Shown: piece after piece, positions 1-8,206 of the stretch
Position numbering within the stretch: position 1 is the stretch's first letter
How the letters are laid out: every line of letters begins with the position of its first letter
NCBI RefSeq assembly: GCF_003428155.1
Contig: NZ_QLIR01000030.1
Span: forward strand, 1-13,302
DNA from: Fastidiosibacter lacustris
Lineage (GTDB): Bacteria; Pseudomonadota; Gammaproteobacteria; Francisellales; Francisellaceae
DNA length: 13,302 nucleotides
Reading direction: 5' to 3'
Translations under genes and position numbers: made by a program
The notes under the pieces: generated by a model
The model's database searches: none
The model's input: only the letters and a program-made list of their open reading frames with translations
Told to the model about the DNA's origin: nothing

Positions 1-1
1 T

Positions 2-85
2 ATCTGGCTACGTGAAAAATTGAATACAATTGCTTTACGCATTCAGAAAGCCAGGGCTATTACTAATAGTTTGTTGACTCAATAG
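2..85 (+). CDS. Possible C-terminal end of a CDS truncated by the window edge (IWLREKLNTIALRIQKARAITNSLLTQ*)
   Basis: Only plus frame open from the window edge to a TAG at 83-85; the other two plus frames stop within about 30 nt. Too short to identify. Confidence 0.25.
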   Translation: MWLREKLNTIALRIQKARAITNSLLTQ

Positions 86-182
86 CATTCAGACCATACT
101 ATTAACACGACAATTTCCCTTGGTAATGACACTTATACATGTAATTAAAATTACAAACTTGATTAAAATTTCTTATCTTTTG

Positions 183-965
183 CTAAAGAATAATCTTTGC
201 CACTAAAGTTAGCTGTTCTTTTGTGTCTACATTTAATTTTTTTAAAAGTGCCGCAATCACGTTTTGTACTGTACGATAAGATTTATGTAAATGTAATGCA
301 ATTTCTTTAGCTGTACATCCACTTGCAAGAATTTTTAAATACTCCATTTCTTTGACACTCAAATCACTAATGATCAACATCGTTTTATTGTTGACTGGAT
401 CCTTTATGACCCTTTTGGGGATATCTTCATGGTGAATTTCAAAGAAACGCTTAATTCTAATCTGCGAGTAAATAAGGGATATAGCAGAATCAATTACAGA
501 ATATAGTTTAAAAAGGTGGTTAGTTTGCTTTATTTGATTAAAATATTCTCGGTCAATGTTAAAAGCAAAATAATGTTTTTTGCCAAGTACAACTTTTGCT
601 GAAACAAGTGATATTTTATTATTAATAGTATTTGAATATTCTTTTATAAACTTAAATTTGAAGTCATTGAAATAATCAATTACTTGTAAATTAGGGCTTA
701 CGGAAAAGTTAAGGACTTTATCTGCTTGCCACACTTTCGAATAATAGTATGATAAAAGCTCACTAGGCGGAGTAGTTGTTATAATTCCAAATATAAAATC
801 CGTATTAAACACAGAATGAGAAAATGATTCTATTTTATATAACCTTAATAAACTTTGAATAAAATCCAATTTTGATTTTTGATTAGTTGAATCTTCCAAT
901 ATCCATTGAATATCAGAAAGTCCTAGTTGTGAGCTTTTTGGAAGCTTCTTAAGCATATTATTCAT
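183..965 (-). CDS. LuxR-type HTH transcriptional regulator, no recognisable N-terminal sensor family (ORF track gives 183..1019)
   Basis: C-terminal LSVKEMEYLKILASGCTAKEIALHLHKSYRTVQNVIAALLKKLNV matches the LuxR/GerE HTH pattern. Start is more likely the ATG at 965 (MNNMLKK...), preceded by GGAG in TTATGGAGCAGTTATG; the 1019 start lacks a clear SD. Confidence 0.85.
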   Translation of the reverse strand: MNNMLKKLPKSSQLGLSDIQWILEDSTNQKSKLDFIQSLLRLYKIESFSHSVFNTDFIFGIITTTPPSELLSYYYSKVWQADKVLNFSVSPNLQVIDYFNDFKFKFIKEYSNTINNKISLVSAKVVLGKKHYFAFNIDREYFNQIKQTNHLFKLYSVIDSAISLIYSQIRIKRFFEIHHEDIPKRVIKDPVNNKTMLIISDLSVKEMEYLKILASGCTAKEIALHLHKSYRTVQNVIAALLKKLNVDTKEQLTLVAKIIL

Positions 966-1126
966 AACTGCTCCATAAATCTCAATTATATGTTGATTGC
1001 TTATTATAAACCAAAACATCTACCCACTTTGAGTTGAATATTTTCACTTAAACGATGTAAACTTTTCATAGAGTTTTAACCTTACCTTTAAATTTGATCA
1101 TGAAATATGCATAACATCATTTCAAC

Positions 1127-1273
1127 CTATAATGAGTCCTGTGACACTCTAATTTCCAAATCGCCATCTTCTGTAGTGTAATCATACTCTTCTCTTCTGG
1201 TTTCATCATTCATTCCTAGATTATAAATTAAACCCATTTTATAATTTACGAACAAATTTACACAGTTATTCAA
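1127..1273 (-). CDS. Putative small protein, 48 aa, TTG start: MNNCVNLFVNYKMGLIYNLGMNDETRREEYDYTTEDGDLEIRVSQDSL
   Basis: Not in the supplied ORF track. Starts 15 nt after the C1 peptidase stop (1289-1291); GGATAAGGA precedes a TTG at 1273-1271; stop TAG at 1129-1127. Alternative ATG start at 1237. Composition looks protein-like and acidic at the C-terminus. Confidence 0.45.
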   Translation of the reverse strand: MNNCVNLFVNYKMGLIYNLGMNDETRREEYDYTTEDGDLEIRVSQDSL

Positions 1274-1288
1274 ACGTTTTCCTTATCC

Positions 1289-2191
1289 TTAAAAACCAAA
1301 ATTATTAGTGTTTATCCATTTACTTTGAATTAATGTCCACCAATCAACAGCCAAGCCAGATAAAATGTATTTATAGGGCAACCATCCATAACCATGCTCT
1401 CCCCATCCTTGTCCCCATGAATTCTGAATCAAGATAGCACCTTTAGTCACTTCATTATTAGCTGTGTTCACAACCTTCATATCATCATCATAACCTATTG
1501 CTACTACAGCATGACCACCAACAACTCTTTCATTTATATCTGGATAAGGGATAAAACCGCTATCAGATGCTTGTTTTATACTATCATATACAGTAAAACC
1601 AAACATAGATGGATAAGACCCATAAAGATAAGTCTTGATTCTTAATAAGAGTTTATTTTTATCTAGATTTTCAGCATCAAGCCTAAAATATTCTATTGCC
1701 TTATAGTTACTAGCATAAGCATACAAAAATGGTTCTGGATCTTTATTCCAGTCAGGATTAATTTGTCCATCAACATAATAAGGTAAAAATTTTTCTGGTG
1801 GGATGCCAAACATTCTCATCGCTCCCATTGTAGTCCGAATATAACTACCAACGTCATCATTAAACCCTATCAACTTACGTGAAATTTTATATAAAAACAA
1901 TCTAGAAGCTTCAATGTAAGTTGAGAAGGATTTGTTTTCAAAAAACTCTAATAAAGCCACCCCTGCATGTGAAGTGCAGGATCCTAGATGCCCTTGATTT
2001 TTTACATCACTACAATATCTGCGTAAATCAATCGTGGTTGGTAACGTTATATCATCTTTGGATTCTAAACCCATTTTTAATAAAACATCACATATCTTTT
2101 GACCATTTAAGAGTTTATAAGAACACTCTGGTGTAAAGTCCCGATGATCAGGATAGTCTCGAAGCCAACCATATCTATGTTTTGGTAGCAT
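1289..2191 (-). CDS. Papain-like C1 family cysteine peptidase
   Basis: N-terminal RYGWLRDYPDHRDF; NQGHLGSCTSHAG (Gln66, Cys72), GGHAVVAIGYDD (His227), IQNSWGQGWGEHGYGWLPY (Asn257): complete papain-fold active-site set. No hydrophobic signal peptide at the N-terminus. Confidence 0.9.
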   Translation of the reverse strand: MLPKHRYGWLRDYPDHRDFTPECSYKLLNGQKICDVLLKMGLESKDDITLPTTIDLRRYCSDVKNQGHLGSCTSHAGVALLEFFENKSFSTYIEASRLFLYKISRKLIGFNDDVGSYIRTTMGAMRMFGIPPEKFLPYYVDGQINPDWNKDPEPFLYAYASNYKAIEYFRLDAENLDKNKLLLRIKTYLYGSYPSMFGFTVYDSIKQASDSGFIPYPDINERVVGGHAVVAIGYDDDMKVVNTANNEVTKGAILIQNSWGQGWGEHGYGWLPYKYILSGLAVDWWTLIQSKWINTNNFGF

Positions 2192-2625
2192 ACGATACTC
2201 CTTAATATTTTAGGTTTCGTAAACTAATTTTTTACCGCAACCATAATAATACTCCAGCAATATTAAAACAGCAACGTTCAAAAAAACCAGCGCGACTCAA
2301 ACTGATACTACTCAACGTAAATTTGACATAAAAGGCATCAAAATTAATAGTATTTTCAAGTGGTTTAAGGCTTTTGTGCGATTCTGATAAACTGAGTTTC
2401 GTCAATAATGAATATATTAAGGAACGATAAATAACCTTTCATAACCAGATAAGTTGACCACCACCATAAATTAATGATAAATAATTCGCAAGTAGTATAG
2501 TAAAGCTAAATAAAAATATATTTTTGTCTACTTCATCTTCATCTTGCAATATTTAAAATTCCAATCTACGCTTATTATCGAATTCCCCCACATTTTTTAA
2601 CACAATAAACTTTTAGGAGGCTAAA

Positions 2626-2946
2626 ATGTCTAAAAATAAAACTCTGATTGCAATGACAGCTGCTGGATTATTGATAAGCTCACTTTCCTTAGCTGCTGAA
2701 AATAATTTCTTGCTTAGCTGTAATGGTAAAACAATAAGCTTAAATCAGACACAAGCTGAAGTCATAAAAAGTTGTGGTGAGCCTAGTATCACAAGGAACT
2801 ATAAAAAATCTAAGAGTACTATACTGGCTTATAAATTTGTTGACCCCAATGATAGCTTAATTGTCACTAAAGCGAAGTTCCGCTTTGTAAATGAAAAATT
2901 AAAAGATATTTCTTATGATTCCGAAAATGAAAAATTTGATGATTAA
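2626..2946 (+). CDS. Exported DUF2845-like small protein
   Basis: Strong SD (TAGGAGG) before the ATG; signal peptide MSKNKTLIAMTAAGLLISSLSLAAE; mature part LLSCNGKTISLNQTQAEVIKSCGEPSITRNY...KFRFVNEKLKDI resembles the DUF2845 pattern. Confidence 0.75.
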   Translation: MSKNKTLIAMTAAGLLISSLSLAAENNFLLSCNGKTISLNQTQAEVIKSCGEPSITRNYKKSKSTILAYKFVDPNDSLIVTKAKFRFVNEKLKDISYDSENEKFDD

Positions 2947-3016
2947 TTATTAGTTTTTATTAGCTCAGTGAATTTACGTATTTTACAATATACCATATGG
3001 CTCAAGGAGAACAATT

Positions 3017-3262
3017 ATGAAGTGTAAAAGCTGTAAACAACCTGCTTCCACCATCGGCTGCCTTATTATTGGAGTTGTATTAGTAGTCCTTAGTATCATC
3101 TTGATTTTAGGTGCTTTTACTTGGTACACTACTGAGACAAGTTTATATGATCTTAGTGATTCTGTTATCACTGGTATGTTAGGGTGTGCGAGCTTAATCA
3201 TAGGGACAATTTTCATTGTTGTTGGGATTGTACTAGCAAAAATTGAAAAGCGTTCATCATAA
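3017..3262 (+). CDS. Small membrane protein with two predicted TM helices and an N-terminal CxxC
   Basis: SD AAGGAGA upstream of ATG; hydrophobic segments IGCLIIGVVLVVLSIILILGAF and MLGCASLIIGTIFIVVGIVLA; N-terminal MKCKSCKQ. Confidence 0.65.
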   Translation: MKCKSCKQPASTIGCLIIGVVLVVLSIILILGAFTWYTTETSLYDLSDSVITGMLGCASLIIGTIFIVVGIVLAKIEKRSS

Positions 3263-5926
3263 AATACTTACTCGACATACAGCTGAAAACTCACAATATT
3301 GACAACTTTTAACCGAAGGAGTGATTATACTTTTACCTTGTAGAAACTGCTGTATCTGTAATTCTAATTGTTTTCGCCAATAGCGTTTCAGTGCATTAAA
3401 GTTTTGTGGAGCATCAACTGATGCTGATTTTTTTGCACCAAAAATCTCAGGCTCACCCTCTTTAATCCAATTCTCAATACTTGAAATACTTTGTAAGCTA
3501 ATATTGGCACCATTTACCGTTGCAACGGCAACTGCGTCACTATCTTCGTAAACAGCATAAAGTGGTAGTTGAGGCTCCATAATAGGGGAGCTTAATAGTC
3601 CACTAATGCTATAATTTTTTGAGATTTTATAATCAATTACCACAGTATAGCCATTACTTAGTTGATCAATTCGATCAACACGCAATTGCAAATTCACTCC
3701 CCCAATTTCAAGCATAAGTGATTTCTCTAATCCAATTACATGAAAAGGTTCTTGACGCATCCTTTCATACTTTAACCACTTCGTAATCAAATCCACTAAA
3801 CGACTTTCTTCTGCTTTTTTAATCACATCTGGCAATTGTGCAAGTAGTAAGATGTTTACTTGTAATGCCGCATCAATATATCGAGAAATTAAGATTTTCA
3901 ATTCATCATCTGTTAGCTTTTGTAAGCTTTGTGAGCCCTTAAGTTCTCGCCATATATGCTCTAACACATGATGAATTACAATCCCTTTGCGAAGTGCTGA
4001 TAAAATGGGTTTATGTGGCTTATCTGCTGTTAGCTTCAACCTATGCACTAAGGCTGCACGATAAGGACACTCAGCAAGGTTCTTAAATATCTGTGTTCCT
4101 CCAGTAATGCTTTGAAGCGCATTTTTATCTACGACTGGTAAACTATCGTCCATAAACGAGATAAAATCAACTTTTGGTTTTAATACTTCTACTCTTGGCT
4201 CATTATGGATTTCGACTGATCCCAATTGACTTATTAAAGCAGATATAGATTGTTGATTTTCTCCCTCAAATTCTGCATAGCTTATACATACTTCATCAGC
4301 TTGCCGAATTAGGCGCTTTGTAATGGTCTTTGCATATATAAATTCTCGCTCTACACTTGAATGTGGCATAGCATACTCCTTTTGAAGTAAGAATGGTAAA
4401 TATGGATTCATACCTCTTAAGCTTGGCCAGTTATTATCACTCATACGAACAATAAACAAATAATCAAAAGCAATTTCAGTAGCTTCTAGCACCCCTAGGA
4501 TTTGAATATTTTTTTCATGAATAGTTTGGGTTTGAAAAACCGTCATAGCCGCTAAATGACTAAGTTCAACTAGCCACTGTGAAATCATAAGCTTAATACC
4601 TAAACGCTCAAATTGAAGAAGCTTATTTAATAACAAATAAAACTTTGATAGCGCTTGGTATTCTAAACTACTCAATGTACATTCATCTAAATAATTTAAA
4701 GCTTCGATCATCTGTTTTATCCAATGAACAAACATATCAACAGACACCTTTTGGGTGGTAGGTATAAGTGTTGTAACCGCTTTTAAGCAATCTTGTAATA
4801 GAGGGTCGAATTGCTCATAAAAAAAAGCATATTGTGTCAATATGCGTAGTGATACAAAACGTGGAAGATCTGTTTTAAGTTTTAAGATCAGTTTTTGGCG
4901 CGATATAGCATATGCTTTATAGCCTTTTACATAACTTGAGCCTAACATAAGCGCAATGTCACTAAAACAATTAACTTTATCAAACTTAAGCCATAAGAAC
5001 AGCTGTTGAATAATCGGTAAATTCAATAACGGTTCACCACCTGAAATGCTATAAGGTCGATACGCATTATCCAATAACGGAAGATGATATATAGCTGGAT
5101 CTAATAAAACTGCATCAAACGTTTCACGCAAATCATAAAATCGGCTTTGTAAGTCAGGAACAATCACACCAATTTTTGCATTTGGCTTCAATTGATGAAT
5201 ACGAAAAACCTCTTGTGCAACTGCATTTATCTCTGTTTTATGATCGACATATTGCCTGATTTTTAGACGCCCCTCTTTTTGTGCTACACTCCAACTACTC
5301 ACTTTGACATTAATATTACGATAGGCTGTCAGCCACGCTTCTATCAAAGGCGGTTTACTATCAAATCCAATTAAAATAATCTGTTTAAGCCTCTGTCTAT
5401 AGCTAAGCTCTTGTAAAAGTTGAGCTTGTAGCAACTGACCGATGCACTGACTCTTATCAATATAGCCTTTATCGTGTAATAAAGCCTGATAGGAAAGCCC
5501 CCAATCTAAAAAATGCTCTACATTCACGTTAGCTTTATGGGTTTCTAGTGTCTTGATATCAATCTGCCAGTTTTGTAGTAACTGCCATGCTGCAAACAGT
5601 TCTTTAGCTTGTTTGATGCTTGGCATAAAGACACGCTCATCTTGCTGCAAAATAGAGAAAAACAAAAACTGTGCTTCATCATCAGAAATAACATATGCCA
5701 AATCCGTGTTTAGCATCTGAGCAAACGTATACGATTTCTTTATAAAAAGATCCAAATTATAAAAATATTCATTAAACAACACACAACGACTATTTTGCAC
5801 ACAATACTGCAAATACAGTTGATTCAAATATTTAGCTAAGCGATTATTTACAGTAATAACAATTGTGCTTTCATCAAGCAACTTAAATAACTCAACATAA
5901 GGCGTATACAATAGAGTATTAGACAT
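3257..5926 (-). CDS. PD-(D/E)XK nuclease-family protein, AddB/RecB-like 'probable DNA repair protein' (TIGR03623-like)
   Basis: 889-aa ORF; C-terminal nuclease motif LRVDRID...GYTVVIDYK; cysteines NLAECPYRA and CQYCEFSAVC fit the Fe-S nuclease arrangement C...CxxCx5C; N-terminal TVNNRLAKYL typical of this family instead of a Walker A P-loop. Confidence 0.8.
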   Translation of the reverse strand: MSNTLLYTPYVELFKLLDESTIVITVNNRLAKYLNQLYLQYCVQNSRCVLFNEYFYNLDLFIKKSYTFAQMLNTDLAYVISDDEAQFLFFSILQQDERVFMPSIKQAKELFAAWQLLQNWQIDIKTLETHKANVNVEHFLDWGLSYQALLHDKGYIDKSQCIGQLLQAQLLQELSYRQRLKQIILIGFDSKPPLIEAWLTAYRNINVKVSSWSVAQKEGRLKIRQYVDHKTEINAVAQEVFRIHQLKPNAKIGVIVPDLQSRFYDLRETFDAVLLDPAIYHLPLLDNAYRPYSISGGEPLLNLPIIQQLFLWLKFDKVNCFSDIALMLGSSYVKGYKAYAISRQKLILKLKTDLPRFVSLRILTQYAFFYEQFDPLLQDCLKAVTTLIPTTQKVSVDMFVHWIKQMIEALNYLDECTLSSLEYQALSKFYLLLNKLLQFERLGIKLMISQWLVELSHLAAMTVFQTQTIHEKNIQILGVLEATEIAFDYLFIVRMSDNNWPSLRGMNPYLPFLLQKEYAMPHSSVEREFIYAKTITKRLIRQADEVCISYAEFEGENQQSISALISQLGSVEIHNEPRVEVLKPKVDFISFMDDSLPVVDKNALQSITGGTQIFKNLAECPYRAALVHRLKLTADKPHKPILSALRKGIVIHHVLEHIWRELKGSQSLQKLTDDELKILISRYIDAALQVNILLLAQLPDVIKKAEESRLVDLITKWLKYERMRQEPFHVIGLEKSLMLEIGGVNLQLRVDRIDQLSNGYTVVIDYKISKNYSISGLLSSPIMEPQLPLYAVYEDSDAVAVATVNGANISLQSISSIENWIKEGEPEIFGAKKSASVDAPQNFNALKRYWRKQLELQIQQFLQGKSIITPSVKSCQYCEFSAVCRVSIL

Positions 5927-6350
5927 TTTTTAAGATAACCACATCACAAGGTGCGTTATTTGCAATCTTGCTGGCAACAGAACCCATGCGCCCTAAAATG
6001 CCATGATGGTGTCCATTTAAGATCAATAAATCTATTTTATTCTTCTGAGCATATTCAATAATACCATCTGCAACGGAATCCGCCTCAATCAGTTTGCAAT
6101 CTACATATGTTTGTTTCTCGACCTTTTTTGTCACTTCTTGAAATTTCTTTGCTAAACGCTCTTTTATCAGCTGATTAGGCGTTTTTTCCGATACCCCTGC
6201 ACCATATCCATAATCAAAAATGGTTTTATGTACTGTCACCACATGCAGCTTGGCTGATTTTTGTTTAGCGTAATCAGTCAAATGTGTGAGTGTTTTTTCT
6301 ACATCATCATTGACATTAATAGCATAAATAATATTTTTATATTCAAACAT
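5919..6350 (-). CDS. Universal stress protein (Usp/UspA family)
   Basis: MFEYKNIIYAINVNDDVEKTLTHLTDYAKQKSAKLHVVTV... DLLILNGHHHGILGRMGSVASKIANNAPCDVVILKNV; SD AAGGAAG before the ATG. Its 3' end overlaps the start of the nuclease gene by 8 nt. Confidence 0.9.
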   Translation of the reverse strand: MFEYKNIIYAINVNDDVEKTLTHLTDYAKQKSAKLHVVTVHKTIFDYGYGAGVSEKTPNQLIKERLAKKFQEVTKKVEKQTYVDCKLIEADSVADGIIEYAQKNKIDLLILNGHHHGILGRMGSVASKIANNAPCDVVILKNV

Positions 6351-6524
6351 AAACCAACTTCCTTATATATTTTTGAATTTGCTTATTAAGTGTATACAAG
6401 CTACTGGCTAAACTCAAAGGATTTGTATTTTAAGCTCCACCTTGCAAGTGATCAAAAGTAATGTGTTTAAGATTTTTTTAGACTGGTTTTATGTCTCAAA
6501 TTGTGGTCCAGAATATAAGAAGTA

Positions 6525-7877
6525 TTATACTAGCAAATCTTTAAGTTCTTTCAATTTTTTAATTGCTGTTACTTTTATTTCAACTTCTTTTTTAGGAGCA
6601 TTACTCATCGGCACAATCGCATGCTTAAAGCCATGTTTCTGTGCTTCATGTAAACGCTCTTGACCATACGGAACTGGACGAATCTCACCAGACAATCCCA
6701 CCTCACCTAAAATAATCCAATCCTTTGCAATCGGTTTGCTATATAAGCTTGATAAAATTACTGCAATAATCGCCAAATCAATACTTGTTTCATTAACTTT
6801 AATACCTCCTACCACATTGATAAAAACATCAAAGTCAGCAAGTTGCACAGCTAAGTGTCTTTGTAAGACCGCTAACAACATAGCTAAGCGATTGGGGTCT
6901 AAGCCTACCGCTAAACGTCGAGGTTGACCGTAACCGTTTTCATTTACCAAAGCTTGAACTTCGGCAAGTATTGGGCGTGTACCTTCCCATATACTAATAA
7001 TAACACTCCCTGATATATCGTCATCGGCTCGATTTAAGAAAATAGCAGATGGATTTTTTACTTCGCGCATACCCTTATCAGTCATTGCAAACACACCTAG
7101 CTCGTTTACCGCACCAAATCTATTTTTCATAGCTCGCACCATGCGATAACGACCATCTGCTTGTCCTTCAATGAAAATAACAGCATCAACAATATGCTCT
7201 AAGACCCGAGGACCTGCAACTTCACCAGATTTGGTGACATGCCCTACCAAAAACACGGCTGTATTAGTACGCTTTGCAGTTTGAGTTAATAGGCTTGCCG
7301 ACTCTCTTACTTGAGCAACACCACCTGGTGCCGACTGCAATGATTCAATTTGCATCGTTTGGATAGAATCAATAACCACAAGTTGAGGACGATTTTGTTC
7401 GATATACTGACAGATCAGTTCAACGTTAGTTTGACTCATCATCAATAATTTATCACTTGGGAGCTGCATGCGCTTGGCACGCAAAGCCACCTGCTCTAAC
7501 GACTCTTCTCCTGTCACATAAAGTGCGTTGTATTGAAGGGATAACACCGTCATAATTTGTAATAAAATGGATGATTTCCCGATACCTGGATCACCTCCAA
7601 TTAAGGTGACCGAACCTGGGACAATTCCACCACCCATCACACGGTCAAACTCACTAAAAGGAGAACCAATGCGAGGATATTCAGCAAGTGAGACTTCACT
7701 GAGTTTTTGTACTCTTGTTTGTACGCCTGCGTAACCTACTTTACTTGTTATTGATGTTGATTGAATTAAGGTTTCAACTAAAGTGTTCCATTCAAAACAA
7801 TCTGGGCATTGCCCTTGCCATTTCGTCGAAAATGCACCACATGCTTGACAAATATAGCTTGTTTTTACTTTTGCCAT
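6525..7877 (-). CDS. radA: DNA repair protein RadA (Sms)
   Basis: Zinc-finger CQACGAFSTKWQGQCPDC, Walker A GGDPGIGKSS, RadA-specific KNRFG, Lon-like C-terminal domain (GEVGLSGEIRPV). Confidence 0.97.
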   Translation of the reverse strand: MAKVKTSYICQACGAFSTKWQGQCPDCFEWNTLVETLIQSTSITSKVGYAGVQTRVQKLSEVSLAEYPRIGSPFSEFDRVMGGGIVPGSVTLIGGDPGIGKSSILLQIMTVLSLQYNALYVTGEESLEQVALRAKRMQLPSDKLLMMSQTNVELICQYIEQNRPQLVVIDSIQTMQIESLQSAPGGVAQVRESASLLTQTAKRTNTAVFLVGHVTKSGEVAGPRVLEHIVDAVIFIEGQADGRYRMVRAMKNRFGAVNELGVFAMTDKGMREVKNPSAIFLNRADDDISGSVIISIWEGTRPILAEVQALVNENGYGQPRRLAVGLDPNRLAMLLAVLQRHLAVQLADFDVFINVVGGIKVNETSIDLAIIAVILSSLYSKPIAKDWIILGEVGLSGEIRPVPYGQERLHEAQKHGFKHAIVPMSNAPKKEVEIKVTAIKKLKELKDLLV

Positions 7878-7891
7878 TTACTTAAATTACC

Positions 7892-8206
7892 TTATTTATC
7901 GTGTTTAATTAAGCCAACTAAATAATTTTCCAGCACTTGATTGAGCTCAAAGCCCTCATCAGCTAACAGTTGAATGCCAAAGCTTTTTTTATTTTGTAAC
8001 TCATCAACGCTCACCCACACAATTTTTCCCTTACAAGCAAACTCTTGCTGTAATTCAGAAATTTTGACCACAAGATTCACTTCTTCTCCAAACAAAATTT
8101 GTAGTTCACTATTCGTTAAAAGTGCCCCTTGCTTAATAAAAGGCAAATATTTTTCTAACGCATCTTGTTTTGAATCTAAAGTAATGTGTATGGTTGTCAT
8201 CATCAA
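7892..8206 (-). CDS. pilZ: PilZ domain-containing protein, type IV pilus PilZ-like
   Basis: KYLPFIKQGALLTN...LFGEEVNLVVKISELQQEFACKGKIVWVS...KKSFGIQLLADE matches the pilus-type PilZ fold. True start is probably the third Met (MTTIHITLD). Confidence 0.75.
   Translation of the reverse strand: MMMTTIHITLDSKQDALEKYLPFIKQGALLTNSELQILFGEEVNLVVKISELQQEFACKGKIVWVSVDELQNKKSFGIQLLADEGFELNQVLENYLVGLIKHDK

Noticed and set aside
1921-2136. 71-aa plus-strand ORF
   Set aside because: Antisense to the protease N-terminal half; no supporting signal.
2983-3216. 77-aa minus-strand ORF
   Set aside because: Antisense to the 3017..3262 gene, which has a strong SD and typical TM segments; shadow ORF.
6480-6520. 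Possible terminator in the radA-usp gap (AGAC/GTCT with adjacent A/T run)
   Set aside because: Stem only 4 bp and the T-run lies on the wrong side for minus-strand transcripts.
6442-6927. 73-aa and 63-aa plus-strand ORFs
   Set aside because: Mostly antisense to radA; no domain similarity.
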